From the NCBI GenBank assembly GCA_037045645.1, contig JBAOIH010000011.1, positions 90,208 to 154,207 on the forward strand: DNA of 64,000 nucleotides, written 5' to 3'. Below, one piece after another: positions 36,451 through 46,491 of the stretch (the stretch's first letter is position 1; each line of letters starts with the position of its first letter). A program made the translations under genes and the position numbers. The stretch comes from Nocardioides sp. GTDB lineage: Bacteria; Actinomycetota; Actinomycetes; Propionibacteriales; Nocardioidaceae. The notes beneath the pieces were generated by a model that was not told the DNA's origin, did no database searches, and worked only from the letters and a program-made list of their open reading frames with translations.

Positions 36451-38028
36451 GTGATCGAGCGACCGCGCACCCGGAGCCTCGGCTGGGCAGCCGTCTCCCT
36501 GATCCTCTTCGCGGTGCTGACCGTTCTCGTCTATCGCGACCGCGCGCCCCTGGGTGAGTTCGACATCCAGGGCAAACACCTGGAGGCGTGGGCCGACGAC
36601 TACCCGCCGCTGGTGTCGGTGCTGCGGGTCATCGAGCACGCCTTCGGCACCATCGGGATGACGGCGCTCACTGTGATCCTCGCGATCGCGCTGCTGGCCA
36701 AAGGCCACCGCCGCGCCGCTGCGTACGCCGTGGTCGTCATGATCGTGACCTCTCTGCTCACCACGACGATCAAACTGACGCTCGGTCGCGATCGGCCGGG
36801 CTGGCAGGACAACGTGGGACTGCTGGACAGCAAGTCCTTCCCCAGCGGCCATGCGTCCTCGATCACGGCGTTCGTCGGGATCCTGCTAGTGCTCGTCGCG
36901 ATGCTCGTACGCCGTCGCAGCATGCGGCGCGCGCTCAACGTGGTCCTGCTCGGCGTGTGGTTCCTGGTCTGCATGGACCGGTTGTTGCTGGGTCGCCACT
37001 TCCCCAGCGACGTGATCGGCGGCTCGCTCCTGGGTGCCGCGCTGGTGTTGATCGGGCTGGTGGTCGTCGACCCCCGACCTCGCTCCCATGCTCGTCACAG
37101 CGAGCCGCTCGCGATCACCGGCCCGCAGAAGACCAAGCAACTCGCCGTCATCCTCAATCCGGTCAAGGTCGACGACCTGTCGCAGTTCCAGCACATCGTG
37201 GAGTCGATGGCCGCCGAATCCGGGTGGAGCCACCCGACCTGGCACCAGACCACCGTCGAAGATCCTGGCACCGGAATGGCCGCCTCCGCCGCCCGGGCCG
37301 GCGCCGACCTGGTGCTGGTGTGCGGTGGCGACGGGACCGTACGCGAGGTCTGCGCCGAACTCGCCGGCACCGGCATCCCCGTCGGCATCATCCCCGCCGG
37401 CACCGGCAACCTGCTGGCGCGCAACCTCGACATCCCGCTCTATCTGCGCGCCGCGATCGACGTCGCACTCAACGGCCAGGACCGGGCGATCGATCTGGTC
37501 AACGTCTCCGGTGACGAGATCGCGCCGACCCACTTCATGGTGATGGCCGGCATGGGAATGGACGCGGCGATCATGGAGGGCGTCAACGAAGACCTCAAGA
37601 AGAAGGTCGGCTGGATCGCCTACTTCGTCTCCGGCCTGAAGTCGCTGATGATCCCCGCGGTCAAGATCGAGATCTCCGTCGATGGTGGCGAGCCCACCAC
37701 GCACCGCGCGCGTACGGTCGTGGTTGGCAACGTCGGGTTCCTCCAAGCCGGGATGCCGTTGATGCCCGATGCGGTGATCGACGACGGGATGCTCGACGTG
37801 GTGATCCTGCACCCGCGCAAGTTCTTGTCATGGATCCCGGTGGCTGCCCGGATCCTGGCCAAGAACGCCCGCACGGACGAGTCGATCGATCGGATGACGG
37901 GGCGCACCGTCAGCCTGCGCGCCGCGACCGCCACGCCGCGCCAACTCGATGGCGACGCCATCGGCATCGGCACCGAGTTGGTCATGGAGTGTGTGCACGG
38001 ACGACTGCTCGTACGCGTGCCCCGATGA
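36451..38028 (+). CDS. PAP2 phosphatase / diacylglycerol-kinase-like catalytic domain fusion protein
   Basis: PAP2 motifs KSFPSGHAS and [11 protein letters not shown], then the lipid-kinase motif [11 protein letters not shown]. The start is uncertain (GTG 36451 chosen). Confidence 0.7.
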   Translation: MIERPRTRSLGWAAVSLILFAVLTVLVYRDRAPLGEFDIQGKHLEAWADDYPPLVSVLRVIEHAFGTIGMTALTVILAIALLAKGHRRAAAYAVVVMIVTSLLTTTIKLTLGRDRPGWQDNVGLLDSKSFPSGHASSITAFVGILLVLVAMLVRRRSMRRALNVVLLGVWFLVCMDRLLLGRHFPSDVIGGSLLGAALVLIGLVVVDPRPRSHARHSEPLAITGPQKTKQLAVILNPVKVDDLSQFQHIVESMAAESGWSHPTWHQTTVEDPGTGMAASAARAGADLVLVCGGDGTVREVCAELAGTGIPVGIIPAGTGNLLARNLDIPLYLRAAIDVALNGQDRAIDLVNVSGDEIAPTHFMVMAGMGMDAAIMEGVNEDLKKKVGWIAYFVSGLKSLMIPAVKIEISVDGGEPTTHRARTVVVGNVGFLQAGMPLMPDAVIDDGMLDVVILHPRKFLSWIPVAARILAKNARTDESIDRMTGRTVSLRAATATPRQLDGDAIGIGTELVMECVHGRLLVRVPR

Positions 38029-38038
38029 CCGCTGAGGA

Positions 38039-38524
38039 TCAGACCCGCCGCAGCAGGAACACCCGGATCTGTCGAGCGGTCCGCTGCTCATAGAGCGCGT
38101 AGTTGGGCCACACGCTCAACAGCGTGCGCCAGGCTCCGTCGCGCCCCGACGCCTCGGTCTGCTCGACCGGCGTGACGGCGTACGTCTTGCCGTGCCAGTC
38201 GACCTTGGCGGTCTTGCCCGACGCCTCGATCGCGGCGAGGTTGCCGACCCAGGCGGGAGGCTTGGGGCCACCCCAGTTCGACCCGGCGACCAGCCAGCCG
38301 TCCTCGGTCGGCGCACACAGCAGCGGTGTCGTGCGCGGTATCCCGGACTTGCGCCCGGCCACGGTCAGATAGACCTGCGGCAGGCTGACGAAGGTCAACA
38401 GGGTCATCCGGCCGCGCGTCACTCGCCCGATCAGCAGGTCGGTCTTGACGATCAGATGCGCATAGCGATGCAGCCACGACGCAGAGCCGAGTTTGATCGC
38501 GACCCAGGTCAGCGGATTCCTCAT
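38039..38524 (-). CDS. deazaflavin (F420)-dependent nitroreductase-family oxidoreductase (DDN/PNPOx-like)
   Basis: GRKSGIPRTTPLL...VAGSNWGGPKPPAWVGNL...IRVFLLR pattern. Confidence 0.7.
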   Translation of the reverse strand: MRNPLTWVAIKLGSASWLHRYAHLIVKTDLLIGRVTRGRMTLLTFVSLPQVYLTVAGRKSGIPRTTPLLCAPTEDGWLVAGSNWGGPKPPAWVGNLAAIEASGKTAKVDWHGKTYAVTPVEQTEASGRDGAWRTLLSVWPNYALYEQRTARQIRVFLLRRV

Positions 38525-38546
38525 GGGGCAGGAGAGTAGAGCAGCC

Positions 38547-38948
38547 TCAGGGTCGTGCGCTGAGGACTGCTTCCTCTTCCTCGGGCGAGAGTTGCTGGTG
38601 GCAGGTCCACCCGGCGATCGACTTGGCGTACGTCCGTGCCTCCGACCGCCCCGCGATCGAGGTCAGCACGACACCGTTCCCCTCGTCGTCGAGCAGCGCG
38701 AGTGACCAGGACAGGTGTCCGCCCATGTCGCCGAACGCGTCGTAGCGGACCACCGCGAGATGGCGCAGCGCGTCGGCCGTCTCCTGACGCAGCGCCGCGA
38801 CCTCCTGGCGCAGCCCTTGGACGTCATGGGGCAGCTCGTCAGCGTTCGGTGTGGGTCGAGAGCGACCGAGGCGACGCAGTGCGATCACCGCGAAGACGAA
38901 CGCCGTCAAGGCCACCACCAGTGCGACAGCAGCGAGGACGGTCGGCAT
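38547..38948 (-). CDS. DUF4446-like membrane-anchored protein
   Basis: An N-terminal TM (MPTVLAAVALVVALTAFVFAVIAL), a coiled segment, then VVRYDAFGDMGGHLSWSLALLD. The start is placed at ATG 38948. Confidence 0.5.
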   Translation of the reverse strand: MPTVLAAVALVVALTAFVFAVIALRRLGRSRPTPNADELPHDVQGLRQEVAALRQETADALRHLAVVRYDAFGDMGGHLSWSLALLDDEGNGVVLTSIAGRSEARTYAKSIAGWTCHQQLSPEEEEAVLSARP

Positions 38949-38978
38949 GGCGCCGACCCTACGTGGGAGGATCCGTGC

Positions 38979-39824
38979 GTGACTGACGCGACCCGCCGCA
39001 TCGCCTATCAGGGCGAGCCAGGTGCCAACTCGCACCTGGTCTGCAAGGAGCACTACCCGTCGTACGAGGCCGTCGCGCGCGCGTCGTTCGAGGACGTCTT
39101 CGCCGCGGTGGAGGGTGGCGACTGCGACCTGGCGATGATCCCGATCGACAACTCGCTCGCGGGCCGGGTCTCGGACATCCACCACTTCCTGCCCACCTCG
39201 TCGCTGCACATCATCGGCGAGCACTTCCTGCGGATCAGGTTCTCGCTGATGACGTTGCCAGGAGCAGACCCGGCGGGCCTTCGTACGGTCCACTCCCACG
39301 TGCACGCCCTGGGCCAGTGCCGCAAGGTGATCCGCGAACTGGGCCTGCGTCCGGTCGTCGCGGGCGACACCGCCGGTGCGGCACGTGAGATCAAGGAGGC
39401 GGGCGATCCGACCCAGGCCGCGATCTCACCGCCGATGGCCGCCGAGATCTACGGCCTCGACGTGTTGCGCCACGACGTGGAGGACGAGGACCACAACACC
39501 ACGCGCTTCGTGGTCCTCTCGCGCGACTTCGTGCAGCCTCCACGTGGCAACGGTCCGGTGGTGACCAGTTTCGTCTTCAACGTCCGCAACCTGCCCGCCG
39601 CGCTCTATAAGGCCCTGGGCGGCTTCGCGACCAACGGCGTCAACATGACCAAGTTGGAGTCCTACATGGTCGGCGGCGAGTTCACCGCCACCCAGTTCCT
39701 GGCCGAGGTCGACGGGCACCCCGAGGATCCGGGCGTACGCAATGCGTTGGAGGAGCTCGCCTTCTTCACGACCGAGGTGAAGATCCTGGGGGTCTATCCG
39801 GCCGATGCCGACGCCCGCGCGTGA
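38979..39824 (+). CDS. pheA: prephenate dehydratase
   Basis: RIAYQGEPGANSH, IPIDNSLAGRV, TRF, and an ACT-domain ESRP-like tail. GTG start 38979 after GGGAGGA. Confidence 0.85.
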   Translation: MTDATRRIAYQGEPGANSHLVCKEHYPSYEAVARASFEDVFAAVEGGDCDLAMIPIDNSLAGRVSDIHHFLPTSSLHIIGEHFLRIRFSLMTLPGADPAGLRTVHSHVHALGQCRKVIRELGLRPVVAGDTAGAAREIKEAGDPTQAAISPPMAAEIYGLDVLRHDVEDEDHNTTRFVVLSRDFVQPPRGNGPVVTSFVFNVRNLPAALYKALGGFATNGVNMTKLESYMVGGEFTATQFLAEVDGHPEDPGVRNALEELAFFTTEVKILGVYPADADARA

Positions 39825-39827
39825 GCC

Positions 39828-40607
39828 TCAGCCCTCGGCCGGGTTCTGCATCAGGTTGAAGTACGCGCCCTGCGGGTCCTGGAGCACCGCCATCCGGCCG
39901 ACCCCAGGCACGTCGAATGGTGCCTGCACCACCTGCGCGCCCAACCCCTGAGCCTGCGCGGAGGTCGCGTCGGCGTCCTCGACGTTGAAATAGACGTTCC
40001 AGTGCGGGGGCATGCCCTCGACGAACGGCGGGCAGGCACCGCCCACGCTCTCGCCGTCGACCTGCCAGGTGGTGTAACTGCCCATCCCGGGCCAGTCCTG
40101 GGTGTCCGCGTCGAGGCCCACCGTGGCCTGGTAGAACTGCGTGGCCGCCTCGATGTCGGTGGTCACCAACTCGTTCCAGATGTTGGTGCCCGGCTCATTG
40201 GCGCGCTGCGACCCGATGTGGTTGCGGGCCTGCCACAACCCGACGACCGCGCCCTGCGGGTCCGCCACCCAGGCCATCCGCCCGGCGTCGAAGACATCGA
40301 AGGGACCCGCGAGCACGACAGCGCCAGCCTGCGTCGCTCGCTCGACCGCGGCATCGACATCGTCGGCGGCCAGATAGACACCCCAGGACGGTGGCGCATC
40401 CCCCATCACCGGCCCGAGCCCGGCGACCGTGTCACCGTCGATGCCGGCCAGGGAATAGACACCCTCCGCGGGGGTCTCCCCCATCGGCTGGTCGTCGTAC
40501 TCCCAGCCGAAGAGCCGGCCATAGAATTCCTTGGATGCCGCGGGATCGGCACTGCTGTGCTCGATCCAGTTGGGCACGCCCTGCTTGTAGGACTCGAACT
40601 TCGCCAT
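39828..40607 (-). CDS. two-domain VOC (glyoxalase/bleomycin-resistance fold) protein
   Basis: The pattern GVPNWIEH...FYGRLFGW / TNIWNELVT...FYQATVG is duplicated. Confidence 0.7.
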   Translation of the reverse strand: MAKFESYKQGVPNWIEHSSADPAASKEFYGRLFGWEYDDQPMGETPAEGVYSLAGIDGDTVAGLGPVMGDAPPSWGVYLAADDVDAAVERATQAGAVVLAGPFDVFDAGRMAWVADPQGAVVGLWQARNHIGSQRANEPGTNIWNELVTTDIEAATQFYQATVGLDADTQDWPGMGSYTTWQVDGESVGGACPPFVEGMPPHWNVYFNVEDADATSAQAQGLGAQVVQAPFDVPGVGRMAVLQDPQGAYFNLMQNPAEG

Positions 40608-40684
40608 GCACACACTCAACACCCGGGCACAGACATTGAGAAGGGCGTACGGATGAACAACCGAGGTCCTGCGAGAATGGGTGA

Positions 40685-41287
40685 GTGGATCTGGCTGTCA
40701 TCGCCCTTACCTTCGCGGCGATCTTCGTCGTCGAACTGCCCGACAAGACCTTCATCGCCACCCTGGTCATGTCGACCAAGATGCGTCCGCTCTTCGTGTG
40801 GATCGGCGTCGGCCTCGCCTTCCTGGTGCAGACCTCGGTCGCGATCGCGCTGGGCAAGGCGGCGTCGTTCCTGCCTGCGAACGCCGTCCACATCGCGGCG
40901 ATCGTGATGTTCCTCGCCGGCGCCTTCTTCTTGCTGCGTTCGGCGCCGACCGCGGACGCCGACGAAGCAGATCAGGAGTCCGAGTACGCCTCGAAGTCCG
41001 ACCCGACCGCACACGGATTCAAGGTCATCGCTACGTCGTTCCTGGTGCTGTTCGCCGCCGAGTGGGGTGACCTGTCGCAACTGCTCACGATCTCTCTGGT
41101 CGCGAAGTACGACGACCCGGTCTCGGTCTTCCTCGGCGCCTGGGGCGCGTTGCTGGTCGTCTCGGGTCTCGCGGTGATCGTGGGTCGCCTGCTGCTGCGG
41201 TTCGTACGCCTTTCGGTGCTGCACTACTTCGGCGGACTGGTGTGCCTGGTGCTGGCGGGCGTGTTGACATACGAACTGCTCGCGTAG
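40685..41287 (+). CDS. UPF0016 (GDT1/TMEM165) family cation transporter
   Basis: Two E-x-G-D-(KR)-(ST) motifs (ELPDKT, EWGDLSQ) in a 6-TM protein. Confidence 0.7.
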   Translation: MDLAVIALTFAAIFVVELPDKTFIATLVMSTKMRPLFVWIGVGLAFLVQTSVAIALGKAASFLPANAVHIAAIVMFLAGAFFLLRSAPTADADEADQESEYASKSDPTAHGFKVIATSFLVLFAAEWGDLSQLLTISLVAKYDDPVSVFLGAWGALLVVSGLAVIVGRLLLRFVRLSVLHYFGGLVCLVLAGVLTYELLA

Positions 41288-41326
41288 AGATTCTCGTCGC
41301 TCAACCGCGCCATTAGGCTCGGCCCC

Positions 41327-42556
41327 ATGTCTGAAACAGCGCATTACGCCGACTCCGAGGTCGGTCGCCTGCAGACCGTCATGTTGCACCGACCCGGTCC
41401 TGAGCTGAAGCGGCTCACGCCGCGCAACAACGACCGGCTGCTCTTCGACGGCATTCCGTGGGTCGCGCGGGCACAGGAGGAACACGACGCGTTCGCCGAG
41501 ACGCTGCGCGGACGCGGGGTCGAAGTGCTCTATCTGACCGACCTGCTCACCGAGACGTTCGCCGAGGAGGAGGCCCGTGCGCTCGCGATCACCAGCGCGT
41601 TGGGCAGCCTGCACCTGGGTGACACGCTGCGGCGCTACCTCACCGATGCGCTGACCGCGGCCAGCCCGGACGAACTCACCACGCACCTGACGGCTGGCAT
41701 CCGCAACGACGAGGTCGAGGGCGGTTTCGGCCTGGTCACCTCGTTGCTGGACACCCACGACTTCCTGATCGACCCGCTGCCCAACCTGCTGTTCACCCGC
41801 GACTCGTCGGTGTGGATCCGCGACCGGGTCGCGATCACCTCGCTGGCGATGCCTGCTCGGATGCGCGAGACGCAGCTGACCGAGCTGATCTACACCCGCC
41901 ATCCACGGTTCGCGGGGACGCCGACCATCCACGGCTGGCACCACGAACATGTGGAGGGTGGCGACGTATTGCTGCTCGCTCCCGGTGTGATCGCGGTCGG
42001 CGTGGGTGAGCGTACGACTCCCGCCGGCGCCGAGCGCCTGGCCCGACAGGTGTTCCAGGCCGGCCTGGCCACCACGGTGCTCGCGGTGCCGATCGCCCAG
42101 GAGCGCGCGACGATGCACCTCGACACGATCTGCACCATGGTCGACACCGACAAGGTGGTGATGTACCCCAACATCGCCAACACCCTCGAAGCCTGGACCG
42201 TGACGCTGGTGGGCGGCCCGGCGGGCAGTGACGACGACACCGAACTGGAGTTGCGTACGACCGGACCCCAGCCCTTCCTGATCGCCGCCGCCGCTGCGAT
42301 GGGGATCGACCAGTTGCACCAGATCGACACCGGACTCGACCCGGTGACGGCCGAACGCGAGCAGTGGGACGACGGCAACAACACCTTGGCACTCGCGCCG
42401 CGAGTCGCGGTGGCGTACGAACGCAACGACGAGACCAACGACCGGCTGGAGGCAGCCGGGATCGAGGTCGTACGCATCGCGGGCAGCGAACTCGGCAGTG
42501 GTCGGGGTGGCCCGCGGTGCATGTCGTGCCCGATCTCGCGCGAGCCGTTGGGGTGA
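41327..42556 (+). CDS. arcA: arginine deiminase
   Basis: [24 protein letters not shown] and the C-terminal GGPRCMSCP catalytic Cys block. Confidence 0.9.
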   Translation: MSETAHYADSEVGRLQTVMLHRPGPELKRLTPRNNDRLLFDGIPWVARAQEEHDAFAETLRGRGVEVLYLTDLLTETFAEEEARALAITSALGSLHLGDTLRRYLTDALTAASPDELTTHLTAGIRNDEVEGGFGLVTSLLDTHDFLIDPLPNLLFTRDSSVWIRDRVAITSLAMPARMRETQLTELIYTRHPRFAGTPTIHGWHHEHVEGGDVLLLAPGVIAVGVGERTTPAGAERLARQVFQAGLATTVLAVPIAQERATMHLDTICTMVDTDKVVMYPNIANTLEAWTVTLVGGPAGSDDDTELELRTTGPQPFLIAAAAAMGIDQLHQIDTGLDPVTAEREQWDDGNNTLALAPRVAVAYERNDETNDRLEAAGIEVVRIAGSELGSGRGGPRCMSCPISREPLG

Positions 42557-42578
42557 GGCTGCGCAGAGTCCGCGGCGC

Positions 42579-42640
42579 GAGTTTGTGCCCCCTCGGCGGG
42601 ATTTTGTGACCCCTCGGCGGGATCTTGTGACCCCTCGGCA
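42579..42640 (+). repeat. 21-bp tandem repeat cluster A (3 units: GAGTTTGTGCCCCCTCGGCGG / GATTTTGTGACCCCTCGGCGG / GATCTTGTGACCCCTCGGCA)
   Basis: Read directly from the sequence. It starts 22 nt after the arcA stop. Confidence 0.85.
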
Positions 42641-42764
42641 ATGCAGAGACCCGGCCGCTGTCGACGGGGGAGACGACAACGACCGGGCAGGGAAGACCTT
42701 AGTCAGTACGCCGCGCGGAAGGCCAGCACGCCGGCCGACTAGTTGAAACTTTTACCCCGGCTTC

Positions 42765-42846
42765 CCCGCCCGCGTACTCCAGTGCGAAATGGTCGTCTTA
42801 GAGCACTGAACGCGACCATTTCCGCACTGGACTATCGCCGGGCGGG
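42765..42846. terminator. long imperfect hairpin (about 82 nt) in the convergent gap arcA / SEC-C gene
   Basis: CCCGCCCG...CCAGTGCGAAATGGTCG - 17-nt loop - CGACCATTTCCGCACTGG...CGGGCGGG. It ends 3 nt from the minus-strand gene stop. Confidence 0.4.
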
Positions 42847-42848
42847 AC

Positions 42849-43784
42849 CTAGCGGATGGTCACCTGACGGTTGGCCAGGCCGGCCTTGGCCGACCGCTCC
42901 TCGCTGGTCAGGTCGGCGTCGGCCGCCAGATGCTCGTCCAGCAACTGCTTGAACTTCGCGGCCGGGGCCTCGATCGCCTCCGGGCCGGTGCCGACCGGCA
43001 GATCCCAGACCGGTACGAGCAGACCGTGCGCGCGGAACATCCCGACCAGACGCGAGTCCGGGACCAGCACGTCGTCGCCCGAGACGTGCAGCTTTGCCAG
43101 CGCGTTGAGGATGTTGCCCTCGGGTTCGAGCATCACCCAGCGCAGGTGCTCCTTGGTGCCGACGTTGGTCCAGTACGCCGACTCGACCTCGGTCAGACGA
43201 GCCGTGGGGGTGATCGACTCGTTGGCGTGCTCGAGGGAGTGTGCGGCCGAACCGTCGACGTCCTCCACATCGGCGATCCAGAAGTTGAAGTCGTCGTGCA
43301 CGGTCGCGGCTCCCGCGTCCGAGACGAGATCCTGCAGACGCGGACCCTCGCCGGGAGGCTCGGTGATGCCGATCGGACCCGCCTCGGTCGCGGCGAGCGC
43401 CTTGGTCAGCACGGCACCCAGATCACGCGCCGGGTCACCGAAGTTGTGCTGCACCTGCAAGCCGAGCCACACCGCGCCGTTCTCTCGTACGAGCGCCGGC
43501 AGCGCGCCCGGGAGCAAGGTGCACAACTGCACCTCCCGAGAGGCATCGCTCGACAGCGTCAACGACATCGTCCCGGCCGGGACGAACTCCCGCAGGGCGA
43601 CGATGTCCGCCTCGCCCGGAAGCCCCTCGAACGGACGCGCGACAAAGATCGCGCCACTCCCCCCGTGGCAGGCCTTGTAGCGCTTGCCCGACCCGCACGG
43701 GCATGGCTGCCGAGGGTTGGGGCCGTCACCGGTTGCGGCGGGTTGCTGCTGCTTGCTGCGCGACTTCTTGCCCATGGTCGCCAA
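42849..43784 (-). CDS. SEC-C metal-binding motif protein (DUF5926-like)
   Basis: The N-terminal CPCGSGKRYKACHG zinc motif, followed by a conserved actinobacterial domain. Confidence 0.6.
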   Translation of the reverse strand: MATMGKKSRSKQQQPAATGDGPNPRQPCPCGSGKRYKACHGGSGAIFVARPFEGLPGEADIVALREFVPAGTMSLTLSSDASREVQLCTLLPGALPALVRENGAVWLGLQVQHNFGDPARDLGAVLTKALAATEAGPIGITEPPGEGPRLQDLVSDAGAATVHDDFNFWIADVEDVDGSAAHSLEHANESITPTARLTEVESAYWTNVGTKEHLRWVMLEPEGNILNALAKLHVSGDDVLVPDSRLVGMFRAHGLLVPVWDLPVGTGPEAIEAPAAKFKQLLDEHLAADADLTSEERSAKAGLANRQVTIR

Positions 43785-43802
43785 ACCTAGACGAGCACCG
43801 GC

Positions 43803-44579
43803 TCAACCACCGAGGCGGTCGAGCATGAAGGCGGGCCGGTCGGTGATCACGGCCTTGACCCCCAGATCGAGACACAACCGCAGGTCGGCCTCGGTGTTGA
43901 CCGTCCACACGTGCAACTCGCGCCGACTGCGCACCATCTTCTCGGCGAAACTCGGATGCTTGAGCAGCTCGACACCCGGCCCCAGGATCCAGTCGTCGTG
44001 GATGACCTCTTTGAGCATCGGCCACAGCCGCTTGCGCTCGATCAGCATCACCAGCCGCAGGTCGGGGGTCAGCCGTCGCATCCGGCCCAGAGCGTTGTAC
44101 GAGAAGCTCATCACCCGCACCGGCGAGTCCGGGCCCGCCAGGTCGTACTCCCTCAGCATCGCGGCGAGCTTGCGCTCCACCAGCCCGGCATAGCGGGTCG
44201 GATGCTTGGTCTCGATCGCCATCTCGACGCGTCGATCGCAGGCCAGCACCGTCTCGATCAGCCTGCGCAACGTGAGCACCTTGCGCAGGTCGACGTGCTC
44301 GTCGGTGAGTTCTCGATCCTCGCCCCACGGGTTCTTCCAACTGGCGAAGTCGAACTGGTCGAGGTCGGCGAGGTCCATCGTCGAGACGACGCCCTTGTTG
44401 GCGGCCGTACGTCTCAGGTCGCGGTCGTGGACGCAGACCAGGTGGCCATCGGCGGTCAGGCGTACGTCGCATTCGATCGCGTCGGCACCCGCCTCCAACG
44501 CCTGGACGTACGCACCCAGCGTGTGCTCGGCGGTCTCGTGACTCGCGCCCCGGTGGGCGACGACCTGCGGCCGTGGCAT
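43803..44579 (-). CDS. glycerophosphodiester phosphodiesterase
   Basis: VVAHRGAS...ENT-like, GADAIECDVRLTADGHLVCVHD. Confidence 0.85.
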   Translation of the reverse strand: MPRPQVVAHRGASHETAEHTLGAYVQALEAGADAIECDVRLTADGHLVCVHDRDLRRTAANKGVVSTMDLADLDQFDFASWKNPWGEDRELTDEHVDLRKVLTLRRLIETVLACDRRVEMAIETKHPTRYAGLVERKLAAMLREYDLAGPDSPVRVMSFSYNALGRMRRLTPDLRLVMLIERKRLWPMLKEVIHDDWILGPGVELLKHPSFAEKMVRSRRELHVWTVNTEADLRLCLDLGVKAVITDRPAFMLDRLGG

Positions 44580-44621
44580 GGCGCAACCCTAGAGCCAGCG
44601 CGCACCTTTACGCTCGCCGCC

Positions 44622-44795
44622 ATGGCAGGTCGATGGTGGAAGTGGATCGGACTCGCGGGCGTCGTCGGGTTGACCGCGACGGGGGTGCTGGCGGCGCGCA
44701 AGGAGCGCCAGCGCCGGGCGTACACGCCAGACGAGATCCGCGCGCGGCTGCACGCTCGAGCCGCGGAGGCGACCCAGGAACAGGTGAACAGGTGA
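44622..44795 (+). CDS. small single-TM protein
   Basis: 57 aa, MAGRWWKWIGLAGVVGLTATGVLAA.... Its stop overlaps the next start (GTGA). Confidence 0.35.
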   Translation: MAGRWWKWIGLAGVVGLTATGVLAARKERQRRAYTPDEIRARLHARAAEATQEQVNR

Positions 44796-45415
44796 TCTCG
44801 CTCGACCAAGCGGTCGACGCCACGCGTACGGGCGATCTGTGGCTATTTCGGGGCGACACGTTGGCCGACAAGGCGATCCGTACGGCCACCAATGCGCCGG
44901 TCAACCACGTCGGGATGGCGCTGGTGCTCGACGACCTGCCGCCGATGATGTGGCATGCCGAGTTGGGCAAGTCGCTGCTCGACCTGTGGACCGGCGATCA
45001 CCACCGCGGCGTGCAACTGCACGACCTGCGCGGGGCCGTGGAGAAGTGGACCCGCGAACTCGGTCAACAGGCCTGGGTACGCCAACTCGCTCCCGAAGCC
45101 GGGCGCGCGCAGGAGGACGGCGCACTGCGGGCGATCGCGCGGTGGGACGGCACCTCGTTCCCGCGTACGTCCGCTTTGGCCTGGCGCTGGCTGCGCGGAC
45201 GCTCGGTGATCGAGGACGACCCGCGCAGTCGGCAAGAGCGGCTCGAGTCGGCGTACTGCGCCGAAGTGGTCGGCGTGACGTACGAGGAGATGGGCCTGCT
45301 GGCGCGCGGTCGCAAGTCGAACTGGTACGACCCCGGCGTCTTCTATTCGGGCGACCGACTGCCGTTGACGCAGGGGTGGTCGCTCGGGGACGAGATCGAG
45401 GTCGTGCTCGACTGA
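44792..45415 (+). CDS. permuted papain-fold (YiiX/COG3863-like) putative hydrolase
   Basis: The His-then-Cys order (VNHVGMALV ... ESAYCAEVVG) is typical of permuted NlpC/P60-like enzymes. The call is tentative. Confidence 0.4.
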   Translation: MISLDQAVDATRTGDLWLFRGDTLADKAIRTATNAPVNHVGMALVLDDLPPMMWHAELGKSLLDLWTGDHHRGVQLHDLRGAVEKWTRELGQQAWVRQLAPEAGRAQEDGALRAIARWDGTSFPRTSALAWRWLRGRSVIEDDPRSRQERLESAYCAEVVGVTYEEMGLLARGRKSNWYDPGVFYSGDRLPLTQGWSLGDEIEVVLD

Positions 45416-45416
45416 C

Positions 45417-45908
45417 TCAGAAGATCCAGCGCCACAACACGACCAGCACGACGATTCCGAGTGCGATCGACACCAGCAGCGGCAGCACGGTCAGCACGGT
45501 GGCCGCGATCAGATAGCCGGCCGTGGGCGGCGCGGGGTCGGGGTTCTTCTCCACCGCCGCGAGCAGCAGGCGGTAGTTCTTGCGGTTGGCCCGATGCGCC
45601 ACGTCCAGCAGGTCGCCGATCGCGGGGACCAGCCCGAGGAGGGCATCGAGGATCAGGTTCCAGCCCATCAGCGCCAGCGTCGGAATCGGCACCCGAGCCC
45701 GGATCGCGTCGTACAGGATCGCGCTGGAGAGCCCCGAGCCCAGCAGGTCGCCGATGCCGGGGATCAGCCCGATCACTGCATCCACACCGATCGCCTGCTT
45801 GGTGCCTGGGATCGGGACGAGGTCGTCCAGGAGCACGGCGAGCTTGCGGCTGAGCGCGATCCGGTCAGGCCCGGACGGCCCCTGCTCCTGGCGCTCACTC
45901 ATGGGCAT
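45417..45908 (-). CDS. DUF4112-like membrane protein
   Basis: LLDDLVPIPGTKQAIGVDAVIGLIPGIGDLLG and the repeated PAIGDLLD motif. Confidence 0.55.
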   Translation of the reverse strand: MPMSERQEQGPSGPDRIALSRKLAVLLDDLVPIPGTKQAIGVDAVIGLIPGIGDLLGSGLSSAILYDAIRARVPIPTLALMGWNLILDALLGLVPAIGDLLDVAHRANRKNYRLLLAAVEKNPDPAPPTAGYLIAATVLTVLPLLVSIALGIVVLVVLWRWIF

Positions 45909-45980
45909 CACGTTAGGCCGTACGCCCACCCAACCTCCCACGCGACACCGGAGTCAGTGGGTCGTGGAGGTGAGGCAAGG

Positions 45981-46490
45981 ATGGACACCATGACCAGGCC
46001 CGTGTCGTTCGAGGAGTACGGCGCCACGGCGTGGCCCGCGCTCTATCGTGCGGCCTACCTGCTGACCGGCAACCATGCAGACGCCGAGGACATCGCCCAG
46101 CAGACGCTGATCAAGGCCCACGGCGCGTGGGATCGCGTACGCAATGCCGACTCGCCGCAGGCCTACCTGCGACGGACGTTGACCAACACGTTCCTCTCGG
46201 ACCGGCGACCCGCCAAGCGGCGCCTGGAGGTCTTGCGCGACGAGGTGCCGGAGCCGGCCGCGCAGGCGCCTGCTGGCATCGAGGATCGGCTGGCGATCTG
46301 GCCGCACATCCGTGCGCTGGCCCCGCGGCAACGTGCGGTGATCGTGCTGCGTTACTACGAACAACTCAGCGAGGCCGAGATCGCCGAGACGCTGGGCTGC
46401 TCACGCGGCACCGTGAAATCCACTGCCCACGACGCCTTGCGCAACCTGCGCGAAGCCATGGCGACGACCGAGTCCGGGAGGGAGGACTGA
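45981..46490 (+). CDS. ECF (SigE-type) RNA polymerase sigma factor
   Basis: Region 2 (YRAAYLLTGNHADAEDIAQQTLIKA) and the region 4 HTH (LSEAEIAETLGCSRGTVKSTAHDAL). Confidence 0.8.
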   Translation: MDTMTRPVSFEEYGATAWPALYRAAYLLTGNHADAEDIAQQTLIKAHGAWDRVRNADSPQAYLRRTLTNTFLSDRRPAKRRLEVLRDEVPEPAAQAPAGIEDRLAIWPHIRALAPRQRAVIVLRYYEQLSEAEIAETLGCSRGTVKSTAHDALRNLREAMATTESGRED

Positions 46491-46491
46491 C

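Noticed and set aside
40608-40684. A possible yybP-ykoY (Mn) riboswitch upstream of the UPF0016 transporter gene
   Set aside because: The gap to the divergent VOC gene is only about 77 nt, too short for that riboswitch plus a promoter. I could not find its conserved four-way-junction sequences.
40616-42679. A 687-aa minus-strand ORF and other long ORFs antisense to arcA and the UPF0016 gene
   Set aside because: It is antisense to two genes with clear family motifs. Its composition is Arg/Gly/Val/Asp-rich with no recognisable domain. It is a stop-poor shadow frame typical of high-GC genomes.
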